This document shows positions 25,044 through 34,111 of a stretch of 64,000 bases of DNA, in pieces; within the stretch, counting starts at the first letter, position 1, and each line of letters starts with the position of its first letter. The stretch spans positions 283,505 through 347,504 of the IMG/VR virus record IMGVR_UViG_3300020202_000061, one strand, 5' to 3'. The position numbers and the translations under genes are program-made. Under the pieces are notes generated by a model. The model made no database searches, was not told the DNA's origin, and saw nothing but the letters and a program-made list of their open reading frames with translations.

Positions 25044-25850
25044 ATGAGAGTCATCGTCTGCGGTGGTAGGGATTTTGAGGACGTAGAATTCGTCATCCAC
25101 TACCTAAACCACGTCCACAACTGGAATCCGATCACCTGTGTGATTGCCGGAGCCGCTCGGGGTGTGGACACGTTTGCGGAGCTTTGGGCGGACGAGATGG
25201 GTATTCCCAAGGAGGTATATCCGGCTGACTGGGACAAACACGGGAAGTCTGCGGGACCCATCCGTAATCAGGAAATGCTCGACAAGTCCAATCCGGATAT
25301 GATCATGGCCTTCCCTGGTGGTCGTGGAACCGCCCACATGTTCAAGATTGCCGAGGCCCATGGAGGTGTCGATCTATGGCAGTCCAAGCAGATTCTCTTC
25401 CGTAAGCGCGATCCCAAATACGGGTTCATGTCGAATTTTGCCGAGGGGTTTGAATTCGTCGATCAGGATGGTCTGATTTGGTCCACCAGCGAGCACCACT
25501 ATCAGGCTCAAAAAGCCACAAACGAGGAGGATCGCAGCCGGGTCCAGATGGCCCGTACCGCATTCGATTCGAAGCAGATTGGTGGTTCTATTACCCTGCG
25601 TCCGGACTGGGACGAGGTCAAGATAGACTGCATGCGTCAAACCCTGGCTCTGAAGTTCGCTGAAGGTTCGAAGGCGGCCGATCGCCTCATGGACACCCAG
25701 GCGGCCTATCTCGTAGAGGATACGCCCTGGGGCGATCAATTCTGGGGGAAAACCTATGGTGTCGGAGAGAGTCATCTGGGAAAACTCTTGATGGAACGTC
25801 GTGAATCCCTTATTCTGGGGACTCCTGTGAGGATTTGGTATCCCGAGTGA
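25044..25850 (+). CDS. YspA-like SLOG (DUF2493) plus NADAR fusion
   Basis: IVCGGRDF, GAARGVD, AGPIRNQEM, AFPGGRGT; then FMSNF, TSEHHYQAQK, LRPDWDEVK, KF, LVE..D.FWG, LGKLLM..R. Confidence 0.85.
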   Translation: MRVIVCGGRDFEDVEFVIHYLNHVHNWNPITCVIAGAARGVDTFAELWADEMGIPKEVYPADWDKHGKSAGPIRNQEMLDKSNPDMIMAFPGGRGTAHMFKIAEAHGGVDLWQSKQILFRKRDPKYGFMSNFAEGFEFVDQDGLIWSTSEHHYQAQKATNEEDRSRVQMARTAFDSKQIGGSITLRPDWDEVKIDCMRQTLALKFAEGSKAADRLMDTQAAYLVEDTPWGDQFWGKTYGVGESHLGKLLMERRESLILGTPVRIWYPE

Positions 25851-26083
25851 CTTATCCACAACTTACACCACTAAACGGCACGAAAACGCATCCGCTGAGC
25901 AAGCATGCGCTTGAAGTGATTGAACGTTTGCGCCTAGGCCCATTGCCACGCACAGAAATCAATCCGGGCGTATGGAACCGTTTACTTCGCGAGCCGGATT
26001 TGGTAGAGGAAGTGTGGTTGCCGAGCCCGTACAAAACGGTTCGTGGCAACGTCCTTTTCCTCAAGCTTAAAGAGGCATCCTGA
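25847..26083 (+). CDS. Hypothetical protein
   Basis: GTGA overlap. Confidence 0.5.
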   Translation: MTYPQLTPLNGTKTHPLSKHALEVIERLRLGPLPRTEINPGVWNRLLREPDLVEEVWLPSPYKTVRGNVLFLKLKEAS

Positions 26084-26268
26084 TGAAACAGGTCTCCATC
26101 CGAATCGGTGGACTGTTGAGGTGTTGCACCACCACAATACGGGAGGACGCGGAGACCCGCGTGAGTAAACCGCAGGAGGGAGAACGTCTCACCTGCAAAT
26201 ATTGCAACAATGAAGATATCATCTTTCATAAAGGAGCCTGGGAGTGGGTTCGTGAAAAAGCTCACTGA
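26083..26268 (+). CDS. Small Cys-containing protein
   Basis: RCC...CKYC; TGATG coupling. Confidence 0.55.
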   Translation: MKQVSIRIGGLLRCCTTTIREDAETRVSKPQEGERLTCKYCNNEDIIFHKGAWEWVREKAH

Positions 26269-26518
26269 CAAACAGGCTATTCGAGTGGCTTTGAGTTTGG
26301 CCATCGACTACGAAGAATCCCTGATCGATTCCTACAGTAGTGTGTCCGATTCGGCCGAGAAAGAAGATGTTGTGGGTCGTGCACAGAAACGAATCGACGC
26401 GTTCAAGCGTGTCCTACAACGCTACTACGGGGTGAAGTATCAACACCCCATGTTGAAGGACGTGGGCAAACCAATACCAGTGTTGACATTTTTGAAGGGA
26501 AAACAAGACAATGAGTAA
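26252..26518 (+). CDS. Hypothetical protein
   Basis: GGAG RBS plus GTG. Confidence 0.5.
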   Translation: MKKLTDKQAIRVALSLAIDYEESLIDSYSSVSDSAEKEDVVGRAQKRIDAFKRVLQRYYGVKYQHPMLKDVGKPIPVLTFLKGKQDNE

Positions 26519-26711
26519 GGTTGTGAGTCCGATCTGCATGTCTCGCGACAAATACGGCAACTACTGTCTCACCGGCACTGCTCTTGATGATGAGTTCCAC
26601 AAAGACATCACCAAGGAAGAGGCAAGGAAGATTCTGAGCGACCGCAAGTGCCCACCTGATCTACTTGAAGAGATCATGTCCCAGACAGGCGCTGGCGTGG
26701 TGATGTGTTAG
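26511..26711 (+). CDS. Hypothetical protein
   Basis: Overlap coupling. Confidence 0.5.
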   Translation: MSKVVSPICMSRDKYGNYCLTGTALDDEFHKDITKEEARKILSDRKCPPDLLEEIMSQTGAGVVMC

Positions 26712-27124
26712 CGGCGAAGTGATTTCCGCGTCAGATAATTGATCACCGAATCGGTCAGCGCTTCCATGCGATCCTGGAGGCGCTGGATCGACCGCTTCAC
26801 CTCGATGATCTGGCTCTCGACGTTCTTGATCTGCACCCGCACGGTGCCATCCAGGGTCTCCTGAAGCACTGCAAGCTTCTGTTCGAGGTCGGCGAGTTCC
26901 CTCTGGACCTCCTCAATCTCTTGCTCAGTCTTGGGATCAGCATGCTGAACGGGGTCCTTTTCCTTCTCCCCATCCACACGATTCTCGATCCACATACGAG
27001 CGACCTGAACCACACCAAGAACCACGGTGGTGACCGCACCCAAAACGGATGCGACTAGGCCAAAAGCTCCGGCCCAGGATAAAGGTTTGAAAACCTCTAC
27101 AATATCAACCAACAAGTCCATCAT
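26708..27124 (-). CDS. Membrane-anchored coiled-coil protein (holin/antiholin-like?)
   Basis: One TM plus heptad-rich C-terminus; late operon. Confidence 0.5.
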   Translation of the reverse strand: MMDLLVDIVEVFKPLSWAGAFGLVASVLGAVTTVVLGVVQVARMWIENRVDGEKEKDPVQHADPKTEQEIEEVQRELADLEQKLAVLQETLDGTVRVQIKNVESQIIEVKRSIQRLQDRMEALTDSVINYLTRKSLRR

Positions 27125-27659
27125 GACGGAATTCTGCCTTTAGGCGATACAGGTCTTTAAGAACCGTGTACTCGGCTGTTACATCTCGAATGATCCCCAC
27201 GGTGCCCAGGTACTCCCCGTTTCTGATCGGGTAATAATTGATATGCAGGGTATGACCCCGATCCAGGGTCACCTCAAATTCTCCTTCTTCTCCTTTCGTG
27301 GCCAGGGTCCAGTGATCCTTCACGAACTCTCGCCACCGACGCCCAAAGATGAGTTCACCCTGCTCGGGCAACTTCATCTGAGTTGATTCCTTCGGGGTAA
27401 ATCCTAGAAGCGTGCAGGCAGAGGGGTTGACAAACTCGATACGGCCATTGGGGTCCGTCTTGAACAGACCGATATTGATCCGCTCGGCTATGATTCGCAG
27501 AGATTCTTGTGCCTCGAACAAAGGCTTTTCATATGCTTCCATCGCCAAAGGTCCAAAATCGTTATGACCAGCATATTTATGCCATGCACGATCCGTGAGG
27601 CGTTCCACCGGGAACAACACGACGTTTTTGACGAGCGCAACATTTTCCCTGGTGTACAT
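27105..27659 (-). CDS. PAS-domain protein
   Basis: IGLFKTDPNGRIEFVNPSACTLLGF...GTVGIIRDVT; TAAATA at 27684-27679. Confidence 0.8.
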   Translation of the reverse strand: MYTRENVALVKNVVLFPVERLTDRAWHKYAGHNDFGPLAMEAYEKPLFEAQESLRIIAERINIGLFKTDPNGRIEFVNPSACTLLGFTPKESTQMKLPEQGELIFGRRWREFVKDHWTLATKGEEGEFEVTLDRGHTLHINYYPIRNGEYLGTVGIIRDVTAEYTVLKDLYRLKAEFRHDGLVG

Positions 27660-27766
27660 GAGAGTTTTCCTCCGGGGTTATTTACGACCTCGAAGGATTA
27701 GACAACCCGTGTGGGTTGTAAATTTTGGATTAAATTACAACGTGTTATAACAAAAGTGTTAGGCTA

Positions 27767-28171
27767 TTATTCTGAAAAGTAAAAAGCTTCCGGACCGTAA
27801 AGGACCCAGTTGCAAACCATCAACACGTTGACCACGACCATCGCCCATAGCAGCCAACGGCCCCAGTTGTTTTTGAACAATTTGAATCGTTCATGGACCG
27901 CGACCAAAGCCAGAACCACACCTGCGCCCCCGGCTGAGAAAATTCTCCACCTGGAATGACCGTCCTCGGCGAGTTGCACGGGATCGGAGAAGTAGAGCAG
28001 GGCAATCCACCCAAGCAGTCCCACGACGAACATCGTGAGAAGGCTCCATCCCTTGGCCCCGCTCAGATCGAGTGAGACCTCTTTGGACTCGGTGATCGAA
28101 TTCAGCGTGCCGGGGAACGACACAAGGAGTCCGCAGAAGAACGCCAGGAGAAGAATCAGTTGAGTGCTCAT
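27767..28171 (-). CDS. Four-TM membrane protein
   Basis: Four hydrophobic segments. Confidence 0.6.
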   Translation of the reverse strand: MSTQLILLLAFFCGLLVSFPGTLNSITESKEVSLDLSGAKGWSLLTMFVVGLLGWIALLYFSDPVQLAEDGHSRWRIFSAGGAGVVLALVAVHERFKLFKNNWGRWLLWAMVVVNVLMVCNWVLYGPEAFYFSE

Positions 28172-28584
28172 GAAAATTTGATCCTCATGCGCAGGGCGAT
28201 GATGACGATAGCAGAGTAGGGACTGCGACTGGCCAACACCTTGTAGTACCGGTACGGGTCATCCTGGCGCAGAGCCGCGCCCCACCACGGACGATCCTTC
28301 GGAACAACCGATTGCCAGAGTTCAGCCAGATGCCACCCCTCGGGGATCACCTTCTGGGCATCCTCGAAATCGCTGAGGTAACGAGGTGCCTTGTAGACGA
28401 ACTCCTGCTGGGTCAGTTTCCAGTAGATGGCCTGCTCAATATCACGGAGTTCTTGATCGTCCAGAAGGATCGGAGGATTCTTCTTGGGGTCCTCCGGGAT
28501 CAACGCGTGGCGCTCCAGCTTCTGGAGGATATCCTCCAGTGGGCCGTCCATGAGGGGTTCGAGTTGGTCCTCGTTGTAGGCCAT
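28168..28584 (-). CDS. Hypothetical phage protein
   Basis: PRYLSDFEDA..VIPEGW motif; TGATG coupling. Confidence 0.55.
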   Translation of the reverse strand: MAYNEDQLEPLMDGPLEDILQKLERHALIPEDPKKNPPILLDDQELRDIEQAIYWKLTQQEFVYKAPRYLSDFEDAQKVIPEGWHLAELWQSVVPKDRPWWGAALRQDDPYRYYKVLASRSPYSAIVIIALRMRIKFS

Positions 28585-29270
28585 CACTTGACTTCTTTGG
28601 TGTTGTCGAACACACCCAGATGGATGTTGAAATCCGCTCCCGTATTGAACAGGATCAGCGTGTGATGGGGATTGCGCCAAACCGTCTGGGGCAGATGACG
28701 ACTACAATGGAGTTCGCACTGGTAGGTGGGTTCGTCCTCCATTTCCTCTCGGGTGTCGGCGAAGCTGACCTCATAGGAGGTGACCGACCAGAAGTAGTTG
28801 CGGCAATCCACCAACGGGAACGTGCGGTAGCCCTCCTCGTAGCCGAACAGCTTGTGGATGTCCTGTTCCATCTTGAAGTAGTCACTAAGATGGGCGTTGG
28901 CTCGATCATGAGCACGCTGTTCATCCTGAGCCTTCAAGATAGCTTGATGATCCGGATTGATCGCCCATAGCGGAGGATCATCATTCGGAACCGCCTGGAT
29001 GACCTCGGCCTTCTCCACCATGGAATGCCACGACAGGAGGTCCGTGACCTGTCCAGATCGACCCTTCAACGAGTGGTTCTCACAGATGAAATCCACCGGG
29101 TGACCCAGCACGGTCATCCACTGAAACTCCACATAGGAGTTACCCTGGTTGTTCGCGTTGAACGCGGCCAACACGATCAGATTCTCCATGCGCCGAACCC
29201 CTGTGTTCAGGGTACGATGCAGACGAAGAACATCACCCTTTCGGGGATCAAGACGTGGGTCACGCGTCAC
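28584..29270 (-). CDS. Hypothetical protein
   Basis: RDPRLDPRKGDVL N-terminus. Confidence 0.6.
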   Translation of the reverse strand: MTRDPRLDPRKGDVLRLHRTLNTGVRRMENLIVLAAFNANNQGNSYVEFQWMTVLGHPVDFICENHSLKGRSGQVTDLLSWHSMVEKAEVIQAVPNDDPPLWAINPDHQAILKAQDEQRAHDRANAHLSDYFKMEQDIHKLFGYEEGYRTFPLVDCRNYFWSVTSYEVSFADTREEMEDEPTYQCELHCSRHLPQTVWRNPHHTLILFNTGADFNIHLGVFDNTKEVK

Positions 29271-29869
29271 TGAATTACCTTTTTCAGGTCGATGGTGATG
29301 GAACGCTCACCCATGTTCCACTTCCCGGCCGTAGCCAGGGTAGCGGTATCGGCGAGAACACGACGAAGGACGAAGGACTGCTCCTGCGCGGCCTGTTCCA
29401 GAGTCTGGTAGCGTTTCAGAGCCATGCGGGTATCGCGGTTCTTCTTCACACCAACACGAACATCGAAGTTCTTCGCCAGAGCCTCGCGAATGTGGTTCAG
29501 CTTGGTCTCGTAGTCGTGCGGACCGATGTTGAGGCCGAAGTAGAACTCTTTGAATCCACGATCACGTTCGTGGTTCTTCTTTGCCTGCTCTTTCTTGCGC
29601 TTCTCCTCCTCATACTTGAACTTGCCGTAGTCGAGGAGCTTGATCACGGGCGGCTTTGCGTCCTTGTCCAGCATGATCAGATCGAGACCCGAGTTGACGC
29701 GAAGCCAGTGCGCTTCGGACTGGGTCAGGATTCGACTTTTTTGATCATCCGGAATTCCCTCTCGCGAATCGATCAATCGGACCTGTTCGGGAAGAATTCG
29801 GGTGTCCTGGATAAGACGTTCATCCTTCTGACGCTGCGGACGGGCAGAGTTCAAATCTTGTGGTCGCAA
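29267..29869 (-). CDS. infC: Translation initiation factor IF-3
   Basis: VRLID, GLDLI..AKPPVIKLLDYGKFKYE..K, KE..FGLNIGPHDYETKL; TTG start. Confidence 0.85.
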   Translation of the reverse strand: MRPQDLNSARPQRQKDERLIQDTRILPEQVRLIDSREGIPDDQKSRILTQSEAHWLRVNSGLDLIMLDKDAKPPVIKLLDYGKFKYEEEKRKKEQAKKNHERDRGFKEFYFGLNIGPHDYETKLNHIREALAKNFDVRVGVKKNRDTRMALKRYQTLEQAAQEQSFVLRRVLADTATLATAGKWNMGERSITIDLKKVIQ

Positions 29870-29872
29870 AAC

Positions 29873-30208
29873 TTATTCACCTTCCAGTTGGGGTTGATAG
29901 AAATCCGGGAATAACACGAAGTTGGAACCGGATTGAATCACACAATATGTGGATTCCGTATCGTAGACCACGAGGGTCCACTTCCTGGTATCCGCATTTG
30001 CATAGAAAAATTTGCGAATCCCTTGTATATCATCGTCATAACGATGGACCAAGGTTTCACCCTCCTGGAGGAGACTCCATTCGATTTGCTCAATATCGGG
30101 CGAACACGTGCGATAGTCGCTGGCCCACACAGGAGCCATCACAACGCCGACCAAGCCCAGAGCCAAAAGAAGATTCTTCAATAGCAGCGGTAGATGGAAA
30201 TCTCTCAT
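29873..30208 (-). CDS. Hypothetical secreted protein
   Basis: Signal-like N-terminus; leaderless promoter TTGACA-N17-TACCTT at 30243-30215. Confidence 0.6.
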   Translation of the reverse strand: MRDFHLPLLLKNLLLALGLVGVVMAPVWASDYRTCSPDIEQIEWSLLQEGETLVHRYDDDIQGIRKFFYANADTRKWTLVVYDTESTYCVIQSGSNFVLFPDFYQPQLEGE

Positions 30209-30239
30209 GGATTAAAGGTAAAACTCCAGAGATTCCATG

Positions 30240-30488
30240 TCAAGTGGAGATTTTCGGGAATTTGCCCTCACGGACCGCCGCCTGAAGCTTGTCGAAACCC
30301 CCAACATGTTCACCATTCCAGAATACCTGCGGAACATAGCGCTCCGTAGGCATCTTCTGAAAGAACTCGGCTCGTGCTGCTTTGTCCTTCATGATGTCCT
30401 TGTATTCGTAGGGCCACTGATTCTGCTCGATCAGAGCCTTAGCCTGGACGCAGTATGGGCAATTATCCTTACCGTAGATTAGAAACAT
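30240..30488 (-). CDS. Glutaredoxin
   Basis: CPYC, VPQVF, HVGGFD. Confidence 0.9.
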   Translation of the reverse strand: MFLIYGKDNCPYCVQAKALIEQNQWPYEYKDIMKDKAARAEFFQKMPTERYVPQVFWNGEHVGGFDKLQAAVREGKFPKIST

Positions 30489-31269
30489 CGGGCTTTCCTA
30501 GACGATCAAGAGCCTCACCAGGGCTTCCGAGATTACCGGACTGGTCAGGCTGGGGTTGCGCAGGTTTGGCTTCCGGAGAGGCTTGATCCCGCGTCAGGGC
30601 CTCATCTTGAGGCTCCTCTAGGGTCTGCGCCTGGAAGTTCTGAATGGTCTTCTCCGTTTCCTGGTTGGCGAGTTCCTCGGCCTTGCGCTGGGCCATCTGG
30701 TTGCGCTCGCGGTTCCTGGAACGGAAATACATCTGAAGAGTCTTCTCGGTGTACGGAAACTTATCGTCGGTGTGAGGGAAGGTCAGAGTGAAATCGTCCA
30801 CCTGGAAATTCCCCAACATGCTCGCGCCTGTGAGAATCTCATGGATATCCTTGAGGTTGATCTTCTCGCGATCCATCTCGACATAGACGATGGAAGTGTT
30901 CGGGATCGTGTCGGAATCACCGTAATCCACGTTGAGCACACCATTGCAGTGCTCGCAGTAGTTCTTGTAGGGGATCACCGCTTCGGGCACGCCCTTGATG
31001 AAGAACGCCAGCACGATATTATCGGTGTTGGGATCACCCGGCACATACTCGTCCACGCTCATCCTGGGCAGTAGAATCCCTTCGAGATCGTTCTTGGTCA
31101 GACCCTCAGTGAGAACACGATCCACCCAGGCATTGCCGGAGCGAAACGCGATCATGTGGGATTCCTTCAGAAATGCTGGAAGACGGTCGAACTCTCTCCT
31201 CGCATCTTCACGCGATTCATACGGACTGCTCGTGTAGGAATCACCATCCTGAGCGATAATCTTCCACAT
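30469..31269 (-). CDS. Conserved jumbo-phage late protein
   Basis: LTEGL...DL..SVDEY...DNIVLAF pattern recalled from jumbo phages. Confidence 0.55.
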   Translation of the reverse strand: MWKIIAQDGDSYTSSPYESREDARREFDRLPAFLKESHMIAFRSGNAWVDRVLTEGLTKNDLEGILLPRMSVDEYVPGDPNTDNIVLAFFIKGVPEAVIPYKNYCEHCNGVLNVDYGDSDTIPNTSIVYVEMDREKINLKDIHEILTGASMLGNFQVDDFTLTFPHTDDKFPYTEKTLQMYFRSRNRERNQMAQRKAEELANQETEKTIQNFQAQTLEEPQDEALTRDQASPEAKPAQPQPDQSGNLGSPGEALDRLGKPDVSNLR

Positions 31270-31724
31270 TACTGGGTTTCCATCTCTTCGTCGGAGAGTT
31301 GATCCGAACGTTCCTTATTGCGCTGTTCGATCTGGTCCAGATAACGCTTGAGAATCTTGAAGCGGATAATGATGCCTTCCCTGGTCTTCTTCTTGGAAAC
31401 CTTGTTCTGGGCCTCCTTGTCGTTGACCACACGGAGAGCACCACGGAGATCGGTATCCGCCGCGACCATCACATCAATGGTGGTCCAGAATTTCTCAACC
31501 CTGGGCTTACCCACGATCACCGCCTTATCCCAACCCTTGAACAGGTAAATGTCATGGTCGTCGAGATATTCCTCGAACTTGATCAGGTAGTTCATCAAGG
31601 TGGTTTCACCGCCGAGACTCGCTAGGAGGTCTTCCTCCTCAGCCTCAAGCAGGAGGTCGGCGGTTGCGCCTTCCTCGTCCCCCTCGATCAACTTATCAAC
31701 GATGTGGAGCTTTCTGTCGGACAT
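31269..31724 (-). CDS. Conserved jumbo-phage late protein
   Basis: L..FEEYLD..DIY.FKGW....VG.P.V.KFW; TAAATA at 31750-31745. Confidence 0.6.
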   Translation of the reverse strand: MSDRKLHIVDKLIEGDEEGATADLLLEAEEEDLLASLGGETTLMNYLIKFEEYLDDHDIYLFKGWDKAVIVGKPRVEKFWTTIDVMVAADTDLRGALRVVNDKEAQNKVSKKKTREGIIIRFKILKRYLDQIEQRNKERSDQLSDEEMETQ

Positions 31725-31829
31725 TTATCGTTTTCCTTCAAACCTATTTAGGCCAAACCAGTCGATAGTCAAATTAACTTGACCCCACGGGGTTTTGATG
31801 TTATCTCTAGGGTTTCCGAGAGAAATCCC

Positions 31830-32570
31830 ATGACACTGACCAGTGAAGTCCTAAACCGACACCTCCCGAAATGGCCCCAGATGATTGTTGTGGGGAAAAC
31901 GATCACGGTCGAGCAGGCGCTGGAGATCATCCGTCGCACCGACATGTTCTTCACCCACGGTTACGGGGGTAACGATCACGGCTTCGACAACAGAGCCAAG
32001 ATGATCGTGGGCATGCCCGAAACCGATCTCTGGCGTGAGCCCAGCTACAATGAGTGGTCCGATGAACTCCGGACCAAGCTGTGGCAGGAGCGCTGGGATG
32101 GACTACAGGCGTGGCGCGAGAAGTGGCAGGTCATCGAGACCGAGTACGTCCACAACTCCTGGATCAGTTGCTCGTTCGTGGGTGGTCCGCACGGCTGGTG
32201 CCACCCGGATGGTAAAATTTTCTACCAGGACAATGTCGGGAAATGGCCAAGCATCGAGGCGATCCGAAAAGATTGGTCGATCCTGGCCAAGGCATTTCCG
32301 TTTCTCGATCTGCGCGTGTTGCTGATGGACCGCGAATCCTGCGAGGATAATCGCGAACCAGTCGTGGGCTTCCGTGTGAAGTCCGGGCGGGTTCGGGTCC
32401 TGCCGGGTGAGGCCAGTATGTTCAAGGACATGCCCAACGCTGTAGCGGGTCGTGATCTGATGGAGGAAATGTCCGCTGTCTTCACACTGGAACCGAGCCA
32501 GCGTGAACATCGTCTTGGTCTGAACCAGATCAAGACGTGGAAGAATCAGGTCTACGGCCCCCTCAAGTAA
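31830..32570 (+). CDS. Hypothetical phage protein
   Basis: LPKWPQ; GGPHGWCHPDG; NVGKWP; promoter TTGACC-N17-TATCTC at 31779. Confidence 0.7.
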   Translation: MTLTSEVLNRHLPKWPQMIVVGKTITVEQALEIIRRTDMFFTHGYGGNDHGFDNRAKMIVGMPETDLWREPSYNEWSDELRTKLWQERWDGLQAWREKWQVIETEYVHNSWISCSFVGGPHGWCHPDGKIFYQDNVGKWPSIEAIRKDWSILAKAFPFLDLRVLLMDRESCEDNREPVVGFRVKSGRVRVLPGEASMFKDMPNAVAGRDLMEEMSAVFTLEPSQREHRLGLNQIKTWKNQVYGPLK

Positions 32571-32617
32571 CTGTCGGAACCATCCCTAAATACCCCGAAC
32601 AAAAGGGGTATTTGGGG

Positions 32618-33748
32618 ATGACCGATATCAGACAGTATGGTGCAGTGCTTGATGGCCTGAGCGACGATACCTCGGCCTGGATGGGTGCGATCATTGCCGC
32701 GCAGAACGGCGACCGTGTGGTGACGATGCCACCCGGTACGAGTCTGGTTCGGGATCACAACCAGGATGGCTTCGCTCTGCTCGTCAAGGATATTCCCATT
32801 CGCATCGTCGGTGCGGGACGCGGTGCCTCCAAAATCAGGCTCGCTAACGGTCGGAATTGCCATCTATTCCAGTTCGAAAACCTACGGGGTGGTGGAACCC
32901 TGAGCGATCTCACCCTGGACGGTAATCGTTCTCACCAAACTGCCGGACATGCCCTGCGCGGAAAGGGCTGGGATCGCATGCGGATCGAGCGTGTGGAAAT
33001 TCTCAACGCCTGGGGCCACGCCATGACCCTTTATGAGGGTTCGTTTAAGGATGTGCTCGTACGGGATTGTGTGGCTCGTGATTGCGGTGGTTCCGGCTTG
33101 GACATTCGTAATCTTGATGGCGGTAATAGAAATCTTCTCGTGCGCGGGATGCGTGTGCGGAAATTCGGTTTGAATCCGGGCAATTCCGTGGCTGCGGTTA
33201 ATCTGCGAGGCCCCGGTATCATCCGTGATACCTTCGTCAGCGATATGGGCACGACCAGTTCCGGATTGATCGGGATTCGTGTGTTTGCCACTGATGGTTC
33301 GGAAATCGGAGGCAATCAATCTGTGATCGATGGGTTCCAAATTTACGCCCTCGTCAAGAATGGTACCCGTGGTGTCGAACTGAACGGGTTTCAGTGTGTC
33401 GTCCGGGATGGATTCGTCCAGGGCTGCTCCCAGGGCGTGCGGGTGAATCAAATTGGAAATGTTATCCGGAACGTTCAGGCACAGAACTGCACTGATGCCT
33501 TTGACATCCAGAGTGATGACTCGATTCTCTCCGCCTGTCACGCCACCTCCTGCACGCGTGCATTCTACACGAACAGACAAAACACCCAGTTTGTCGGATG
33601 CGGTGCGAAGCTCAGTGGCTATTCCTTCTTCATGGATGCTGCTGCGGTCTACACCAGGATTATCGGCGGTTACTCTCTGAGTCCGACCTCCGGCCACATC
33701 GGTGGCACCGGAACCAACACGGTCGAGACGAATCTTCTGAAACGTTAA
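32618..33748 (+). CDS. Pectate-lyase-like beta-helix protein (tailspike/depolymerase)
   Basis: DIRQYGAVLDGLSDDT.A, PPGT, GAGRGAS, LTLDGN; TAAATA at 32587. Confidence 0.8.
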   Translation: MTDIRQYGAVLDGLSDDTSAWMGAIIAAQNGDRVVTMPPGTSLVRDHNQDGFALLVKDIPIRIVGAGRGASKIRLANGRNCHLFQFENLRGGGTLSDLTLDGNRSHQTAGHALRGKGWDRMRIERVEILNAWGHAMTLYEGSFKDVLVRDCVARDCGGSGLDIRNLDGGNRNLLVRGMRVRKFGLNPGNSVAAVNLRGPGIIRDTFVSDMGTTSSGLIGIRVFATDGSEIGGNQSVIDGFQIYALVKNGTRGVELNGFQCVVRDGFVQGCSQGVRVNQIGNVIRNVQAQNCTDAFDIQSDDSILSACHATSCTRAFYTNRQNTQFVGCGAKLSGYSFFMDAAAVYTRIIGGYSLSPTSGHIGGTGTNTVETNLLKR

Positions 33749-33761
33749 CCCTGAGGTTTTC

Positions 33762-34046
33762 ATGAAGTTCCTCATGAAGTGGTTCTATAAGAACGACGCC
33801 GGAAAAGAGTTTCTGACCAGCGCCAATAACTCCGACTTCGATACCCGCATGGCCATGAAAGAGTGGGTTGAGGAAGAAGTTCGTCTCCGTCTGTCCAGTC
33901 CTGATTTCTTCATTTATCGTGTTGAGATATATAAGGATTCATCAACTCAGTATGAGGCCGCATATTATCCAGATCGTCAGACCTGGAGCCTTCTCACTTC
34001 CGCACTTCCAGAAGATATTCTTGACAAACTCCGCGAATCCACCTAA
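33762..34046 (+). CDS. Hypothetical protein
   Basis: GAGG RBS. Confidence 0.55.
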   Translation: MKFLMKWFYKNDAGKEFLTSANNSDFDTRMAMKEWVEEEVRLRLSSPDFFIYRVEIYKDSSTQYEAAYYPDRQTWSLLTSALPEDILDKLREST

Positions 34047-34049
34047 ATA
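34021..34049 (+). promoter_or_regulatory. Promoter of NAD salvage operon (hybrid)
   Basis: TTGACA-N17-TAAATA. Confidence 0.65.
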
Positions 34050-34111
34050 CTCGTGAAAGAGAAGTCTGGCGGGGTGTCTGTCAGATACGAAATAACTGGG
34101 GAGTCCAGGTC

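Noticed and set aside
27700-27766. Replication origin in AT-rich gap
   Set aside because: Short, with small hairpins and no iterons; more simply a terminator region.
34064-34086. NAD riboswitch or NrtR operator upstream of nadM
   Set aside because: Only a simple hairpin (TCTGGCGG/CTGTCAGA) is visible; no recognisable consensus.
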